Source: Squalus acanthias
Lineage: Eukaryota
DNA: 64,000 bases
Assembly (NCBI GenBank): GCA_030390025.1
Contig: CM059433.1
Coordinates: 18,416,001-18,480,000 of the forward strand
Direction: 5' to 3'
Numbering within the stretch: position 1 is the stretch's first letter; every line of letters starts with the position of its first letter. The position numbers and the translations under genes were made by a program. Below the pieces are notes generated by a model. That model worked only from the letters and a program-made list of their open reading frames with translations, ran no database searches and was not told where the DNA came from. Below are positions 63,741 through 64,000 of the stretch, piece by piece.

Positions 63741-64000
63741 ATTAGTATTATGCAATATGTTACCAATAGCCACATGTGGCTAATTGGGAATCCATATGTG
63801 GCTAATTGCCACATCGTTTTTTGATTAGTGAATAAAAAAGGAGTAATCCAATTAAGTGTCCGATCACTTTCTGGATGGAGAGCAGGAACGGGTCTGGCCC
63901 GTCTTGTTGTGCGAGTCAACATTCTCGGCAATCGCTGATGAGGTCAAAGTATCGCTCACAACTGCTGGACAAAAACCTAGAAGCTGCACTAAGATGCGAC

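Noticed and set aside
63766..63781. 16-bp perfect palindrome tagccacatgtggcta
   Set aside because: Short and isolated; probably a fragment of another element, and no function can be supported.
1..64000. Prokaryotic systems (operons, CRISPR arrays, defence islands)
   Set aside because: The sequence is a spliced vertebrate gene with TE-rich introns; there is no regularly spaced repeat-spacer array and no dense ORFs.

Overview
This is eukaryotic genomic DNA, not prokaryotic. The repeat content (HE1/V-SINE, Deu-domain SINE, HER1/CR1 LINEs) points to a cartilaginous fish; the species cannot be called. The window lies inside one + strand gene, ARHGEF10 (Rho GEF 10). Six consecutive internal exons of its C-terminal WD40-like region are present: 3018-3101, 9558-9781, 13262-13419, 33961-34103, 49639-49813 and 58801-58923. 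All have AG/GT boundaries and consistent phases; the first and last exons lie outside the window. The introns are dense in decayed mobile elements: CR1/L2-group LINEs, several SINE families, LF-SINE-like relics, Tc1/mariner MITEs, PIF/Harbinger MITEs and transposase relics, and short Penelope-like inserts. Most ORF-track entries are spurious or TE-derived. The most notable signals are four. (i) Several ~140-nt TSD-flanked inserts begin with minimal hammerhead ribozyme motifs. (ii) Two concentric inverted MITE pairs bracket three exons totalling 441 nt with matching phase, a candidate circRNA with a stop-free frame. (iii) An isolated C2H2 zinc-finger insertion is exactly one 84-nt unit long. 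(iv) There are two local inverted duplications. All family names come from recalled motifs, not database searches, and TE boundaries without a TSD are approximate.
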